IMG/VR virus record: IMGVR_UViG_3300032038_000027
Location: 51,744 to 115,743 of that record
Length of the DNA: 64,000 bases
Source of the DNA: a virus
Taxonomy: Duplodnaviria > Caudoviricetes
Strand: one strand, 5' to 3'
This document shows positions 50,121 to 60,275 of the stretch, piece by piece; the first letter of the stretch is position 1, and the number at the start of each line of letters is the position of its first letter. Under the pieces are notes generated by a model. That model searched no databases and was not told the origin of the DNA. It saw nothing but the letters and a program-made list of their open reading frames with translations. Made by a program: the position numbers and the translations under genes.

Positions 50121-51576
50121 TACGACACACCATCTTATTGTAACGATCAGTAAGATAGTTCATAATTTCATTGTGCGAATTTCTCAGATTCTCTTGCATA
50201 ATCTGATCTACAACATCGTCTAAAGCTGCGCCGATTTCTTTACCTTTATAACCAATAGACATTACATCATTACCGTCAACGGTTAAATATCTCATATCGG
50301 CAAATCCACTCTCGCGGAAATCCTCTTGAATACAATGAAAAACATTCTCTGTAATATAAGCATATGCTAACAGCTTTTTGTTTTCATCATTTGCTAAAAC
50401 AGCTTTCAAATAATCGAAAACCATATCCGTCATAACACAGTTGTGAGTTTTACGATAAACATCGCGGCAGAAATATCTAACGAATTTCATATAATCAAGG
50501 GATTTAATTTCGCCAAGTGTCGTAATGCGCGGAATACCGCTCTTTTGCGGAGATTCAATGTATTCAAAATAATACTTCGCAATAGCATCTGAATACGGCT
50601 TATTTTGCCACCCATTAAATTCATCAATCATATTTTGGGCGGCACTATGAATCGTAGCAACCTCTTTAATGAGCCTGTTAGAATAACGAAGTTTTTTCAT
50701 GACAGATTCTACATTATAATCATGAAAAACCACCGCTAATCTTAATGTTAGATCATTATATGTATGCTCCAAATTCTCATAAATACCACGAGGGTACACC
50801 CAAAGTTGTCCTATAATATCTTGAATAACCACCATGAATAAACGAAAATATTTAATCATAGTTTCACGATCAAGCCGATTATAATGAACTATATCTGAAA
50901 TTGATGAAAAGTATGTATCTTTAAGCATACGAGAAAATTCTGATCTAATTCTCTCAACTGAAACACATGACACGGCTTTAATAAGATTAGTGTTTAATGC
51001 TTTATATGTTTCTTCCTCAATCGCAAAGCTATATGTCAAAGCGAAACGTAGCGCACGAAGTCGTCGCAAAGCATCTTCATTAAATCTGTCTACAGGATTA
51101 CCAACGCAACGAATAATGCCATTTTTGAGATCGTTTTCGCCACCAAATGGGTCAATTAATCCGCTTGTATAGTTATATGCCATAGCGTTGATCGTAAAAT
51201 CTCTGCGTGACAAATCCTCTTGAATATCAGAAACAAATTCTACATTATTTGGGTGGCGTGAATCATCATACTGACCATCTTTGCGGAAAGTTGTTACTTC
51301 AAATGCTCCGTCTGGTTCGCCATCATTCTGAAGAACTACGGTTATTGTGCCATGCTGAATACCTGTCGGAACAATAGGACAATCATAAAATACTTCAGCG
51401 ACTTGTTCCGGCAAAGCAGATGTAGTAATATCCCAATCTTTTGGAGCTTTGCACATCAACGAATCACGAACGCAGCCACCAACAACATATGCTTCGAATC
51501 CCGCTTTTTCGAGCTTATCAATAATATATTCAACTCTAATAGGCAATTTAATCTCAATCATTATATTCACCGCCAA
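50113..51576 (-). CDS. cca: Class II tRNA nucleotidyltransferase (CCA-adding-like)
   Basis: VGGCVRD, DWDITT, EVTTFR, DLSRRDFTINAMA, RFNEDALR. Confidence 0.88.
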   Translation of the reverse strand: MAVNIMIEIKLPIRVEYIIDKLEKAGFEAYVVGGCVRDSLMCKAPKDWDITTSALPEQVAEVFYDCPIVPTGIQHGTITVVLQNDGEPDGAFEVTTFRKDGQYDDSRHPNNVEFVSDIQEDLSRRDFTINAMAYNYTSGLIDPFGGENDLKNGIIRCVGNPVDRFNEDALRRLRALRFALTYSFAIEEETYKALNTNLIKAVSCVSVERIRSEFSRMLKDTYFSSISDIVHYNRLDRETMIKYFRLFMVVIQDIIGQLWVYPRGIYENLEHTYNDLTLRLAVVFHDYNVESVMKKLRYSNRLIKEVATIHSAAQNMIDEFNGWQNKPYSDAIAKYYFEYIESPQKSGIPRITTLGEIKSLDYMKFVRYFCRDVYRKTHNCVMTDMVFDYLKAVLANDENKKLLAYAYITENVFHCIQEDFRESGFADMRYLTVDGNDVMSIGYKGKEIGAALDDVVDQIMQENLRNSHNEIMNYLTDRYNKMVCRNG

Positions 51577-52498
51577 AAGGATATTTCACAGGATTCTTAA
51601 TAGGCTCTAAAAATTTCGCAAGCATATGATTATATCTAAATACAAGATCGGAATCTGTCGGCGTTTGACCGTTCATGTAGCGCAAAATCTGCGGCAAAAT
51701 GTCGCCATCTACACACTTGATTTGAGTTGGCTCAAATGCAAAATATTTAGCCCACCCATAATCACCAAGTTTGCTTAAACAGAATACTTCCATTCTAAAC
51801 AAAGCACCAATATCACAATCCAGAACATCTTTTAATTCTGTAAGAGTAACATCACCGACGTTTTCAATGATAATTTCATCGTTGCTTACGCTGTAAATTT
51901 TAATATCGGGCATTTTTTCGGAAATCAAAAACGCTAAATGAGTAGTTAAATATCTTTCGTATTGTATCTGCTTTTTAGGGTTACAAGCACCCATAATCAC
52001 TTGACGAATATACTTGCTATGAATGATGTGCTGAAAATTAGTAAACATACCAATGTATTGTTCCCATGTTTCAGCGTTTTTGAAAATTTGCGAATTAAAA
52101 TGCCGTAATGCGGAAAAATTCGCCTTTTTCATATCAATCGAAATAAAGTGCTTATTATCATTTTCATCAATATAAAGATTTCTATTAGGAAAATTACCAA
52201 TGGGCGCAATAGCGCCGACATCAACATTATTAAAAATGTTATAATATTCATTCTCTTTAATCATGTTGATAATGCTATCTTTAACGGAATTATAGAACTC
52301 AAAATATGATTGCTCGTCGGGATAGTGTTCTAACTCTTTCGCAAATAGAACGAATTTTTCAACGCACCCATAATAATCATCGAGTAATTCCAACCTTTGC
52401 GAAAAATACGGTTCATCAAAAACTGTGATCGGCACGTTCGCATCTTTACAGAATCGCTTTTTTAATGCAACTGAGCTTAAAACCTGTTCATATGTCAT
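51554..52498 (-). CDS. Hypothetical protein with polymerase-palm-like acidic motifs
   Basis: FISIDMKKANF and SNDEIII. Confidence 0.45.
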   Translation of the reverse strand: MTYEQVLSSVALKKRFCKDANVPITVFDEPYFSQRLELLDDYYGCVEKFVLFAKELEHYPDEQSYFEFYNSVKDSIINMIKENEYYNIFNNVDVGAIAPIGNFPNRNLYIDENDNKHFISIDMKKANFSALRHFNSQIFKNAETWEQYIGMFTNFQHIIHSKYIRQVIMGACNPKKQIQYERYLTTHLAFLISEKMPDIKIYSVSNDEIIIENVGDVTLTELKDVLDCDIGALFRMEVFCLSKLGDYGWAKYFAFEPTQIKCVDGDILPQILRYMNGQTPTDSDLVFRYNHMLAKFLEPIKNPVKYPFGGEYND

Positions 52499-53547
52499 TA
52501 TCTCAACACCAATCTATTCATGGAATATTTTCTCACACCAGTTTGCCAATTAATTTCAATTAGCAATTCATCAATCTTTTTGCGATCTGGCGCTTCCGGC
52601 AAGGAAGTTGTCTTAGAAAGTTTATTTAGCTTATTTTCATATTCATCTACAATATCATAAAACTCTGGCAGTACCTGACGATCATCATCAAGATATTTAC
52701 CGTTGCGAATATCCATCAAGAAATCATGCTCTTTTTCACGATATGTAATAATTTCGCCGTTTTCAAGAATATCAAAAGCCATTAAATACAAGCGTACAAG
52801 GTGCATCATGTGCTTACCTAATTTATTATGCTCAATAGCTTTTTCATTTCTCTTACCCATTTTCTTATATCCGCTGAGAATAGCTTGCATATCAGAGAAC
52901 ATAGATTTATGATCTCTCAAAGGATAATGATCTAAATGAATATCACAGAAGATTTCACTATCATAGCCTTCCCTATCAGTTTCATCAACATAAAGTTCTA
53001 TTGCACCGGGCGGGACATTCTCGTATCTTTCGCTAAACATAACAGAAGCGTGTTTGATGCTATTAAGAATGTTTTGCTCTTGATGTGTCTGATCTGTTAA
53101 TCTCGCAGATTTATTTTCAAGCCTACGAAGCTGCGAATTTGCATACCCTCCAAAAGAATGAATTGCTTTTTTAGATAAGAACAGATGTTTATTTTGTAAT
53201 AACAAATCACCTGCATATGTTGTATGTAAATAGTGTTCGGGCTTCAATCCCAGAATTTCTATCGTATTGGGATTACAATCATAAAGCAGCTTAAATATTT
53301 TATTAACTGAATAGATTGTCGTATCGGTTTCAACATCAACAACCTGTTCAAAATCTTTACCGCTTAAAATATTTTCAGCAGAATTGGCGGCGATTCCCCG
53401 AATGTCTAAATCGGAGTTTTCATTATTAGTGCCATATGCGTGGCTGCCGCCAAGTCCAAGAAGAATAATCTTATCATTATTGATTTCCGGGTTATCTCTT
53501 AAAGAATCATATTCTTTTTTCTTAATTGTTTCTCTATAATCATTCAT
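52498..53547 (-). CDS. Pol-beta-superfamily nucleotidyltransferase (RlaP/YcgL-like)
   Basis: GGSHAYGTN..SDLDIRG, NPNTIEIL, KHMMHLVRL. Confidence 0.85.
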   Translation of the reverse strand: MNDYRETIKKKEYDSLRDNPEINNDKIILLGLGGSHAYGTNNENSDLDIRGIAANSAENILSGKDFEQVVDVETDTTIYSVNKIFKLLYDCNPNTIEILGLKPEHYLHTTYAGDLLLQNKHLFLSKKAIHSFGGYANSQLRRLENKSARLTDQTHQEQNILNSIKHASVMFSERYENVPPGAIELYVDETDREGYDSEIFCDIHLDHYPLRDHKSMFSDMQAILSGYKKMGKRNEKAIEHNKLGKHMMHLVRLYLMAFDILENGEIITYREKEHDFLMDIRNGKYLDDDRQVLPEFYDIVDEYENKLNKLSKTTSLPEAPDRKKIDELLIEINWQTGVRKYSMNRLVLR

Positions 53548-53564
53548 AACTTTCAGTACAGCAA

Positions 53565-54377
53565 TTAACGCTTTGAATAAATCTCAAACAAGTCATTATC
53601 TAAATATTGCTTTAGATACTGATCTGCGTTTGAGATCAAATCATCTTTCTCAAATAATTCTTCAGCAATACCGCCACCAATCGCCGCTATAGTATCTGTG
53701 TCTACTTTGAATGACAAAACATTATGGATAAACTCAGAATAACTATCAGCTTCATATAAACAGCGAATTGCGAAAGGAACGCTACCTTGACAAGTTTCAT
53801 CCCAATGATAATATTTACGCATTTCTGACAAAGAATTTTCTGCGCTGAAAGCATAATTGCATTTCGGATAACGCCAATTTACAAATGATAGAATATCGTC
53901 CTTTGTGGCGTTATCATATTTTACCATCCAAACGCAAGTCGCAATCGTAATTGCACCCTTGATTCCCTCGTCGTGATTATGTGTAACTTCTGCCGATCTA
54001 TGTGCAAAAAGAACAACATCGGCGAGCTTGTTATAATAATCACCTATGTAAGACACACGCATAGCTGCGCCGTTGCCATAACTGTTATAAGGCTCATGAT
54101 TATCACTCTCTAACCAGTCCATGAACATTGAACCATAACCGCCATATTTGTACTTAATTCCGTACTCTAAATACGCAGATTTGAAGTCTGGGTCGTCTGG
54201 ATTTCGCAAAATTGCGGCTTTTGTGGCTAAAGATAGCACAGAATCGTCTGTAAAATGCGTTTTTTCTCCAAATAAAATAGGTGTTTTATCACGGTTATAA
54301 TAATCGTCTGCAAACTCATTTTTGAACTCATATGCAGAACCAATGATATCTCCTAAGATCGCTCCCTTTAGAGCCAT
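53565..54377 (-). CDS. ADP-ribosylglycohydrolase (DraG/ARH family)
   Basis: GDIIG, FTDD, SYGNGAAMR, TH, DTDTIAAI. Confidence 0.92.
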   Translation of the reverse strand: MALKGAILGDIIGSAYEFKNEFADDYYNRDKTPILFGEKTHFTDDSVLSLATKAAILRNPDDPDFKSAYLEYGIKYKYGGYGSMFMDWLESDNHEPYNSYGNGAAMRVSYIGDYYNKLADVVLFAHRSAEVTHNHDEGIKGAITIATCVWMVKYDNATKDDILSFVNWRYPKCNYAFSAENSLSEMRKYYHWDETCQGSVPFAIRCLYEADSYSEFIHNVLSFKVDTDTIAAIGGGIAEELFEKDDLISNADQYLKQYLDNDLFEIYSKR

Positions 54378-54405
54378 ATAATATTCCCTCCGGCTTACCG
54401 ATCAG

Positions 54406-54729
54406 TTAGCTAACCACCACACCATCAACGCACCAGTATTGAAGTTCACCATCATTATTAACAGTTGCGTTGCTGAAAATTACAGGAATACCCGCAACGC
54501 CTTGAATAATATTTTTGAAATCATTATACCCCATCAGGATATTAGATGGTGTTTTTACTTCTATGTATACCCCATCGGGAGTTTTATATATAAATTCGCG
54601 CAGATAAGGAAGTTTATCAAGCAACTTATCGGTGAAATTCTCAATAAATTTATCTAATGCATCTGTATTAAAAACCATCTCAATAAATTCTCTACCTGCA
54701 TCCTGCTTTCCCACAACTAAATCTCTCAT
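54406..54729 (-). CDS. Hypothetical protein, first gene after the leftward promoter
   Basis: A GGAGG SD supports a start near 54729 rather than the track start. Confidence 0.5.
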   Translation of the reverse strand: MRDLVVGKQDAGREFIEMVFNTDALDKFIENFTDKLLDKLPYLREFIYKTPDGVYIEVKTPSNILMGYNDFKNIIQGVAGIPVIFSNATVNNDGELQYWCVDGVVVS

Positions 54730-54780
54730 GATAAACATCCTCCATTTTCTTTTATTTCGAATGAATTTTCGAATAAATTG

Positions 54781-54809
54781 TTGACTTTTCAAGAAATTTC
54801 GACTATAAT
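54781..54809 (+). promoter_or_regulatory. Rightward promoter for repressor/ImmA genes
   Basis: TTGACT-17 bp-TATAAT. Confidence 0.75.
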
Positions 54810-54847
54810 TTTATTGAAAATAAGTCCGTTTTTCTCCAACGGTTCTT

Positions 54848-54876
54848 ATTTTAGCAGAATATTTTCTACTTGTCAA
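54848..54876 (-). promoter_or_regulatory. Leftward promoter (face-to-face with the rightward one)
   Basis: TTGACA-17 bp-TAAAAT with extended TG. Confidence 0.75.
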
Positions 54877-54917
54877 GTCCTACAGAAGAAAATATCACTA
54901 AATTGAGGTGCGAAATT

Positions 54918-55271
54918 ATGGAAAACATTCTTTACGCTCGTATTAAACAGCTATGTGACGAACGAGGAATAAGCATAAAGAAACTTGAATCTATGCTTGG
55001 TTTTGGTGCATCTTCAATTCAAAAATGGAAAGATTCTACATCTCCATCTATAGATAAAGTAAAACGTGTTGCGACGTTTTTCAATGTTTCTATTGATTAT
55101 CTAACCGGTAGGACAGACATAAGAGAAATAGATTATTTTAAAGAACCTAATGTCGTCACATTCCAACGTGCGCGAGAAAAGATGGATTCAGATACCGAAG
55201 AGCGCATGATGGCTACTTTGCGTGCGGCATTTGGTAATGATTACTTTCCGCAGGAGGATAATAACGAATAA
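54918..55271 (+). CDS. XRE-family HTH repressor (ImmR/CI-like)
   Basis: RIKQLCDERGISIKKLE...SPSIDKV...VSIDYLTG; GAGGTG SD before ATG at 54918. Confidence 0.9.
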   Translation: MENILYARIKQLCDERGISIKKLESMLGFGASSIQKWKDSTSPSIDKVKRVATFFNVSIDYLTGRTDIREIDYFKEPNVVTFQRAREKMDSDTEERMMATLRAAFGNDYFPQEDNNE

Positions 55272-55895
55272 ATGATAAGATATGCCTTTGTGAATAATCA
55301 AGTATTACGAATTTATAGAAGTTTACCTTATATTGAATTTCCGATCAACGTAAAGAATATTATTAGTTTAATCCCAAATTGTAGATATATGTCGTATGAA
55401 CAATTTGCAAAATTAAGTGATTGTTCGGTTGATGATGTTATCAAATTTTGTAAAAGTAGATTTGGCTGTACAAAATATGATGCTAAAAGTGATAGATATA
55501 TAATTCTGTGTAATGAGCAAACAAACGATAATAATAATATAGGTCGTCAAGCATGGACGTTAGCTCATGAAATAGGTCATATTGTGTGCAATCATCATAA
55601 GATCATTCTCTACTCTAAACCAAATAGTGAAAAAATAGTGAAATCTATTACGAAAGATTTTGAAAGTGAAGCGGATTATTTCACCGCTATGTTGCTTTCC
55701 CCATTTCCTATCTTTGGTGCATTTAATATCCATTCTGTAATAGATATTAAGAACACATTTGGATTGTCAATGCAAGCCGCACGAAATCGTTTTGCTCATT
55801 ATCAACGATGGAAATTAAACCATCGTAAAACATCATGGGAACATGATATGCTAAATACTATCACATTCAATTATTTAAAAGCAAGTTCATTATAA
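55272..55895 (+). CDS. ImmA/IrrE-family metallopeptidase
   Basis: WTLAHEIGH, ESEADYF; adjacent to the XRE repressor. Confidence 0.9.
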   Translation: MIRYAFVNNQVLRIYRSLPYIEFPINVKNIISLIPNCRYMSYEQFAKLSDCSVDDVIKFCKSRFGCTKYDAKSDRYIILCNEQTNDNNNIGRQAWTLAHEIGHIVCNHHKIILYSKPNSEKIVKSITKDFESEADYFTAMLLSPFPIFGAFNIHSVIDIKNTFGLSMQAARNRFAHYQRWKLNHRKTSWEHDMLNTITFNYLKASSL

Positions 55896-55898
55896 GTC

Positions 55899-55940
55899 GC
55901 ATGGTAATGTATATTAAGATATACACTACCATGCTTTTTT
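55899..55940 (+). terminator. Intrinsic terminator between immA-like gene and groEL
   Basis: GCATGGTA-a-TGTATAT-taag-ATATACA-c-TACCATGC followed by T6. Confidence 0.85.
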
Positions 55941-55946
55941 ATTTAA

Positions 55947-57566
55947 TTACTGCGCGGTAGGAATTTGTACAGGCTCTTTTTCATCTGCCACAAGAGTTTC
56001 AGTTGTCAGAATCATACCTGCAACAGACATAGCATTTTCAAGTGCCTTAATAGTCACCTTTGCAGGGTCGATAATGCCACTTTCGAGCATATCAACCATT
56101 TCGCCGCTCGTAACATCGAATCCCATATTGGGGTTGTTTCTTTCAACATTATCGACTTTATATCTAAGAGCGCAACCGGATGGCGATAATCCTGCGTTAT
56201 TGACAATGTTGTTAAAAGGCTCTGAAATTGCAAAAGAAACTGCATCAAAATATTTCTGATCTTCTGATTCAGAATACTTAGCAGCAAGCGGAACAATAGC
56301 GTTCATAAGAGCAATACCGCCGCCCGGAACAATGCCAAACTCGATAGCTGCTCTTGTCGCTGACAGTGCATCTTCAAGACGAAGTTTCTTATCCTTCAAC
56401 TCGATCTCTGTATTTGCACCAACGCGAATAACTGCAACACCATTTGTCATCTTTGCAAGACGTTCCTTGAACTGCTTGCGATCATATTCATTAGTCGCTG
56501 AGTCACAAGCGCAACGAATAGAATTTGCTCTTTCCTCGATATTCTTTGTATCGCCATGACCGCCGATAATAGTAGTGCTTTCCTTTTCAACCTTAACCTT
56601 GTCGGCACTACCAAGATCATCAATAGTGACATCTTTAATTGTATATCCTAACTTAGATGTGAAACACTTAGCGCCAGTTACAACAGCAATATCCTCTAAC
56701 CATGCTTCTCTGTTTTCGCCAAACTTAGGAGGCTTTACGCACACAACATTGATAATGCCTTTCATCTTATTAGTAATAAGAGTACCCGCAACCTCATTAC
56801 TAATTTCATCAGAAATAATTACTAAACTTCTGCCACGCTTTACCGTGCTTTCAAGTAGCGGAAGGATATCAGGAACAGAATTGATTCGAATATCAGAAAC
56901 GAGAATAAGAGGATTATTGTATTCCGCAACCATTTTGTCGGGGTCTGTTACCATATAAGGTGAAATATAGCCCTTGTCAAACTGAATACCCTTTACGATC
57001 TCATGCTTAGTTTCGTTTGTCTGAGAATCATCAACAGTAATCACCAGATCGTTACCAAGTTCACTAATAATATTCGCAATAATTTCGCCAAACTCAGGGT
57101 CACGAGAAGAAATTGTGGCTACCTTTTCAATATCATCACTACCACGCACAGGAATAGCATATGCTCTAATGATAGAGATTACATCTTCAACAACCTTCTC
57201 CATATTTCTCTTAACGATAACGGGATTCTCGCCAGATGCAACTAATTTCATTCCCTGCTCAACAAGAGCTTGTGCAAGCACAATAGCGGTAGTTGTGCCA
57301 TCGCCGGAATCCGTATTTGTTTGTGAAGAAATTTCACTTACGAGCTTTGCACCCATATTTTCAAATTCATCCGGCAAACTAATCTCTTTGGCAATAGTTA
57401 CGCCATCATTAGTGATTAGCGGAAATGTATAAGAGCGATCAAGGGCGACAAATCTTCCCTTTGCGCCAAGTGTTGACTTTACGCAATTTGCAACAATATT
57501 GATTCCCTTAATAAGCGCATTTTTAGCTTCAGCACCCATAAGAATTTTCTTAGCCATTGTCATCAT
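55947..57566 (-). CDS. groEL: Chaperonin GroEL
   Basis: ITNDGVTIAKEI, GDGTTT, FDKGYISPY, GIVPGGG, GIIDPAKV. Confidence 0.97.
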   Translation of the reverse strand: MMTMAKKILMGAEAKNALIKGINIVANCVKSTLGAKGRFVALDRSYTFPLITNDGVTIAKEISLPDEFENMGAKLVSEISSQTNTDSGDGTTTAIVLAQALVEQGMKLVASGENPVIVKRNMEKVVEDVISIIRAYAIPVRGSDDIEKVATISSRDPEFGEIIANIISELGNDLVITVDDSQTNETKHEIVKGIQFDKGYISPYMVTDPDKMVAEYNNPLILVSDIRINSVPDILPLLESTVKRGRSLVIISDEISNEVAGTLITNKMKGIINVVCVKPPKFGENREAWLEDIAVVTGAKCFTSKLGYTIKDVTIDDLGSADKVKVEKESTTIIGGHGDTKNIEERANSIRCACDSATNEYDRKQFKERLAKMTNGVAVIRVGANTEIELKDKKLRLEDALSATRAAIEFGIVPGGGIALMNAIVPLAAKYSESEDQKYFDAVSFAISEPFNNIVNNAGLSPSGCALRYKVDNVERNNPNMGFDVTSGEMVDMLESGIIDPAKVTIKALENAMSVAGMILTTETLVADEKEPVQIPTAQ

Positions 57567-57840
57567 CCTCCGTATTCAGCTTTAAAATAATATCCTTATT
57601 CTTTGCAATATAATACTCTTGTCCATCATACTCAATTCTTAGAGTTTCACGAAAATCAAAAAGCACAATATCGCCAATTTCAAGATTATGATGTTTCTGC
57701 TTATTAACAACTTTCGCAATACAGCGTGTGTCCTTATTGTTAGTAAGAATCAAACTATTTGAGCCATCATGTTCAATTTCACAAGGTAAAAGCAGTAGAT
57801 AATTATTAAACATTTCGCCCTGTTCAATCTTATTATTCAT
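57550..57840 (-). CDS. groES: Divergent co-chaperonin GroES-like
   Basis: 96 aa directly upstream of groEL; IGDIVLF and YDGQEYYI...DII. Confidence 0.65.
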   Translation of the reverse strand: MNNKIEQGEMFNNYLLLLPCEIEHDGSNSLILTNNKDTRCIAKVVNKQKHHNLEIGDIVLFDFRETLRIEYDGQEYYIAKNKDIILKLNTEDDDNG

Positions 57841-57860
57841 CTTTCAATCCCTCTCTTTTA

Positions 57861-58295
57861 TTATTCTGCATCAGTCACAAAACGATAAGGCTTCTTTTCT
57901 ACAATAGGTAAAGCCTTAGTAATGTAATATACAGCGATGTTTTCAACAGCACCTTCAATTTGCTGCTCATTGATTCTATGATCGTACATAATCACATTAG
58001 ATTCAATTTGCATTGACTTTGCTGTAGGCTTTGCAATCGTAATTGTGCCGCCATTTGTGAATCGAATTACATAATAGAGATTACTATTTTTAGCTGTATA
58101 TTCTTGAATTTCATCAATTAACGAAGTAGAAATCTTATTGTAATATTCACTTAATTCATTACAAAGAGCGATTGCCTTTTCACGATCTGCCATAAAGAAC
58201 AGAATTTGATAGTTATGATACATCTGAAGTCTTTTAAGGATTCTATCAATCAAAAAAGTCTGATTATTAATCATTTGTTTCACCTCTCTTCCCAC
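57861..58295 (-). CDS. Hypothetical protein
   Basis: IRFTNGGTITI motif. Confidence 0.5.
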   Translation of the reverse strand: MGREVKQMINNQTFLIDRILKRLQMYHNYQILFFMADREKAIALCNELSEYYNKISTSLIDEIQEYTAKNSNLYYVIRFTNGGTITIAKPTAKSMQIESNVIMYDHRINEQQIEGAVENIAVYYITKALPIVEKKPYRFVTDAE

Positions 58296-59356
58296 GGAAA
58301 ATTATTTGTTCCAAAATGTCCAAATTTAGCTGTTTCATAGAATTTAACATGACCATCATTAAGATGTAAGTCCTTAATCATTCTTTCTGGGGTACATTCT
58401 TCAAGATATTGATATTTATTGATACCAAGAATTGCATTATTTCTGTCACTAATTGCAATATTTTTATCGCTTTGAATATCAATAGATACAGGCTCGGCAA
58501 TACCAATAGCATAAGATAGTTGAACTTGCACCCAATTCAAATCTTCATTACGGTTTAAAACATCAATGGCGATCTGTCGTGCCTTATAAGCTGCGGAACG
58601 ATCAACCTTAGTCGCATCTTTACCGGAGAAAGCACCGCCACCAATCGGCGCAAATGAATGATAATTGTCTACACATAGCTTTCTGCCAGTTAATCCCGCA
58701 TCGCCATCAAAACCACCAATCAGAAATTTGCCAGTAGGATTGATATGAAAATTCTCAATAGAGATATAAAATTGATGACATAAACTACGGCAAAAATCTA
58801 TTAGAATCTGATCTGTTTCTTTGCGTTCAACTTCTGTATTTTGATATGAGATAATAAAATCTTTAATGTAGCGCAATTTGTTATTTTCATCATAACAACC
58901 GACAATCTGTGCTTTACCATCTGGTAAAAATCTTGAATCTGATCGTCGCAAGGAATCATAATACATTGAAAGTATCTGAAGAATATTCATAGCAAGTGGA
59001 ATATTATTTTGCGTATCTCTACAAGCAAATCCGAACATCATTCCTTGATCTCCTGCACCGCCGATATCCACACCTTGTGCAATATCGGGAGATTGTTTAC
59101 CAATGTTATTGATTACAGCATATTCTCTTGTATAACCCACATCTTGTAAGACTTTTCTTACAACTTCTTGGATATTAACATTAGCGGTTGATGTAACTTC
59201 GCCAGTTACGAAAATCACACCTTTGCCGCCAACTACTTCGATTCCGCAGCGACTATTGCGATCTTTCGCCAAATAAGCGTCAAGAATAGCATCGCTAATC
59301 TGATCGCAAACTTTATCCGGGTGTCCTCTAAAAACTATCTCATTACTATATAGCAT
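58280..59356 (-). CDS. metK: S-adenosylmethionine synthetase
   Basis: GHPDKVCDQISD, GAGDQG, PDGKAQ, GLTGRK, GGGAFSGKD.TKVDRS. Confidence 0.97.
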   Translation of the reverse strand: MLYSNEIVFRGHPDKVCDQISDAILDAYLAKDRNSRCGIEVVGGKGVIFVTGEVTSTANVNIQEVVRKVLQDVGYTREYAVINNIGKQSPDIAQGVDIGGAGDQGMMFGFACRDTQNNIPLAMNILQILSMYYDSLRRSDSRFLPDGKAQIVGCYDENNKLRYIKDFIISYQNTEVERKETDQILIDFCRSLCHQFYISIENFHINPTGKFLIGGFDGDAGLTGRKLCVDNYHSFAPIGGGAFSGKDATKVDRSAAYKARQIAIDVLNRNEDLNWVQVQLSYAIGIAEPVSIDIQSDKNIAISDRNNAILGINKYQYLEECTPERMIKDLHLNDGHVKFYETAKFGHFGTNNFPWEER

Positions 59357-60275
59357 TTGGTTTTATATCCTTTTCAATATATAATTTGTATTTTCGTATT
59401 ACATCTTCAAAAAATCTATTCCATTCGCTATCTTTAAGATCATATATGCCTTTTGACTTTAATAAATCCGAGCGAAGAAAACTCCTTCTCAAAGAATCAA
59501 CCATATGGGATTTACATATAGGATATACTTTTGCAAAATTTCTGAACACTATCCATGCTTCGTTCCGCAAAACTACATCTCCCCAAGCATCATCATAAAT
59601 AAATTTCTTGTGTTTCTCTTTAATTTCAGGGAAATATTTACTTATGATAACGCTTAACGGTGCGCCAATATCTTCAACCGGAGGTCTAAAAGATTGCGAG
59701 AAGAAATCACGGTGTTTAAGCCATAGATCGTTATCTTTAATAAAACATTGAAATTTCGCACGATCACCAAGCCAACTAACAGAAAACGATGGTTTTATAC
59801 CTTTTAATTCAAATGGCTTTTCAAGTTTTGGTTCACCATAAATACGATATGAATAAATTTCACAGATCATAGGCTCTAAAAAGTATTTTTCATATACTTC
59901 GCGCAAATTATCGGACACAGTTACAATATCAAATGTAACAGGAAAATTTAACTTACCATACGGCACGACTTGATAATCTACTCTATCGAGATATTCACAA
60001 TCATCCATACTATCACGGTAAAATCTAACGATTATTGAAAAATCGCTTGTTTCACATTGTCGCCATTCTCGCCAACCGTCTTTTCGTTTCTCGACCTTAA
60101 TAGGATAGGATTTGTCGCGCATTAAGTTTATATATGTCAGATAAGTCTTATCGGTATAAGGCTCTATTTTTATGATCTTTTCGGACGGGAAATATTTCGC
60201 AGCTTCTTCTTTAGTATCAGCATATATCTTTGGCTGATAATCTCTACCATCAAGGGTTAATATCCAACGGTTCAT
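59346..60275 (-). CDS. Hypothetical protein
   Basis: Long ORF; likely start MNRW at 60275 after an AGGAG SD. Confidence 0.55.
   Translation of the reverse strand: MNRWILTLDGRDYQPKIYADTKEEAAKYFPSEKIIKIEPYTDKTYLTYINLMRDKSYPIKVEKRKDGWREWRQCETSDFSIIVRFYRDSMDDCEYLDRVDYQVVPYGKLNFPVTFDIVTVSDNLREVYEKYFLEPMICEIYSYRIYGEPKLEKPFELKGIKPSFSVSWLGDRAKFQCFIKDNDLWLKHRDFFSQSFRPPVEDIGAPLSVIISKYFPEIKEKHKKFIYDDAWGDVVLRNEAWIVFRNFAKVYPICKSHMVDSLRRSFLRSDLLKSKGIYDLKDSEWNRFFEDVIRKYKLYIEKDIKPNAI

Noticed and set aside
55965-57432. Multiple + strand ORFs antisense to groEL, and similar shadow ORFs elsewhere
   Set aside because: They are antisense shadows of real genes with no recognisable motifs.
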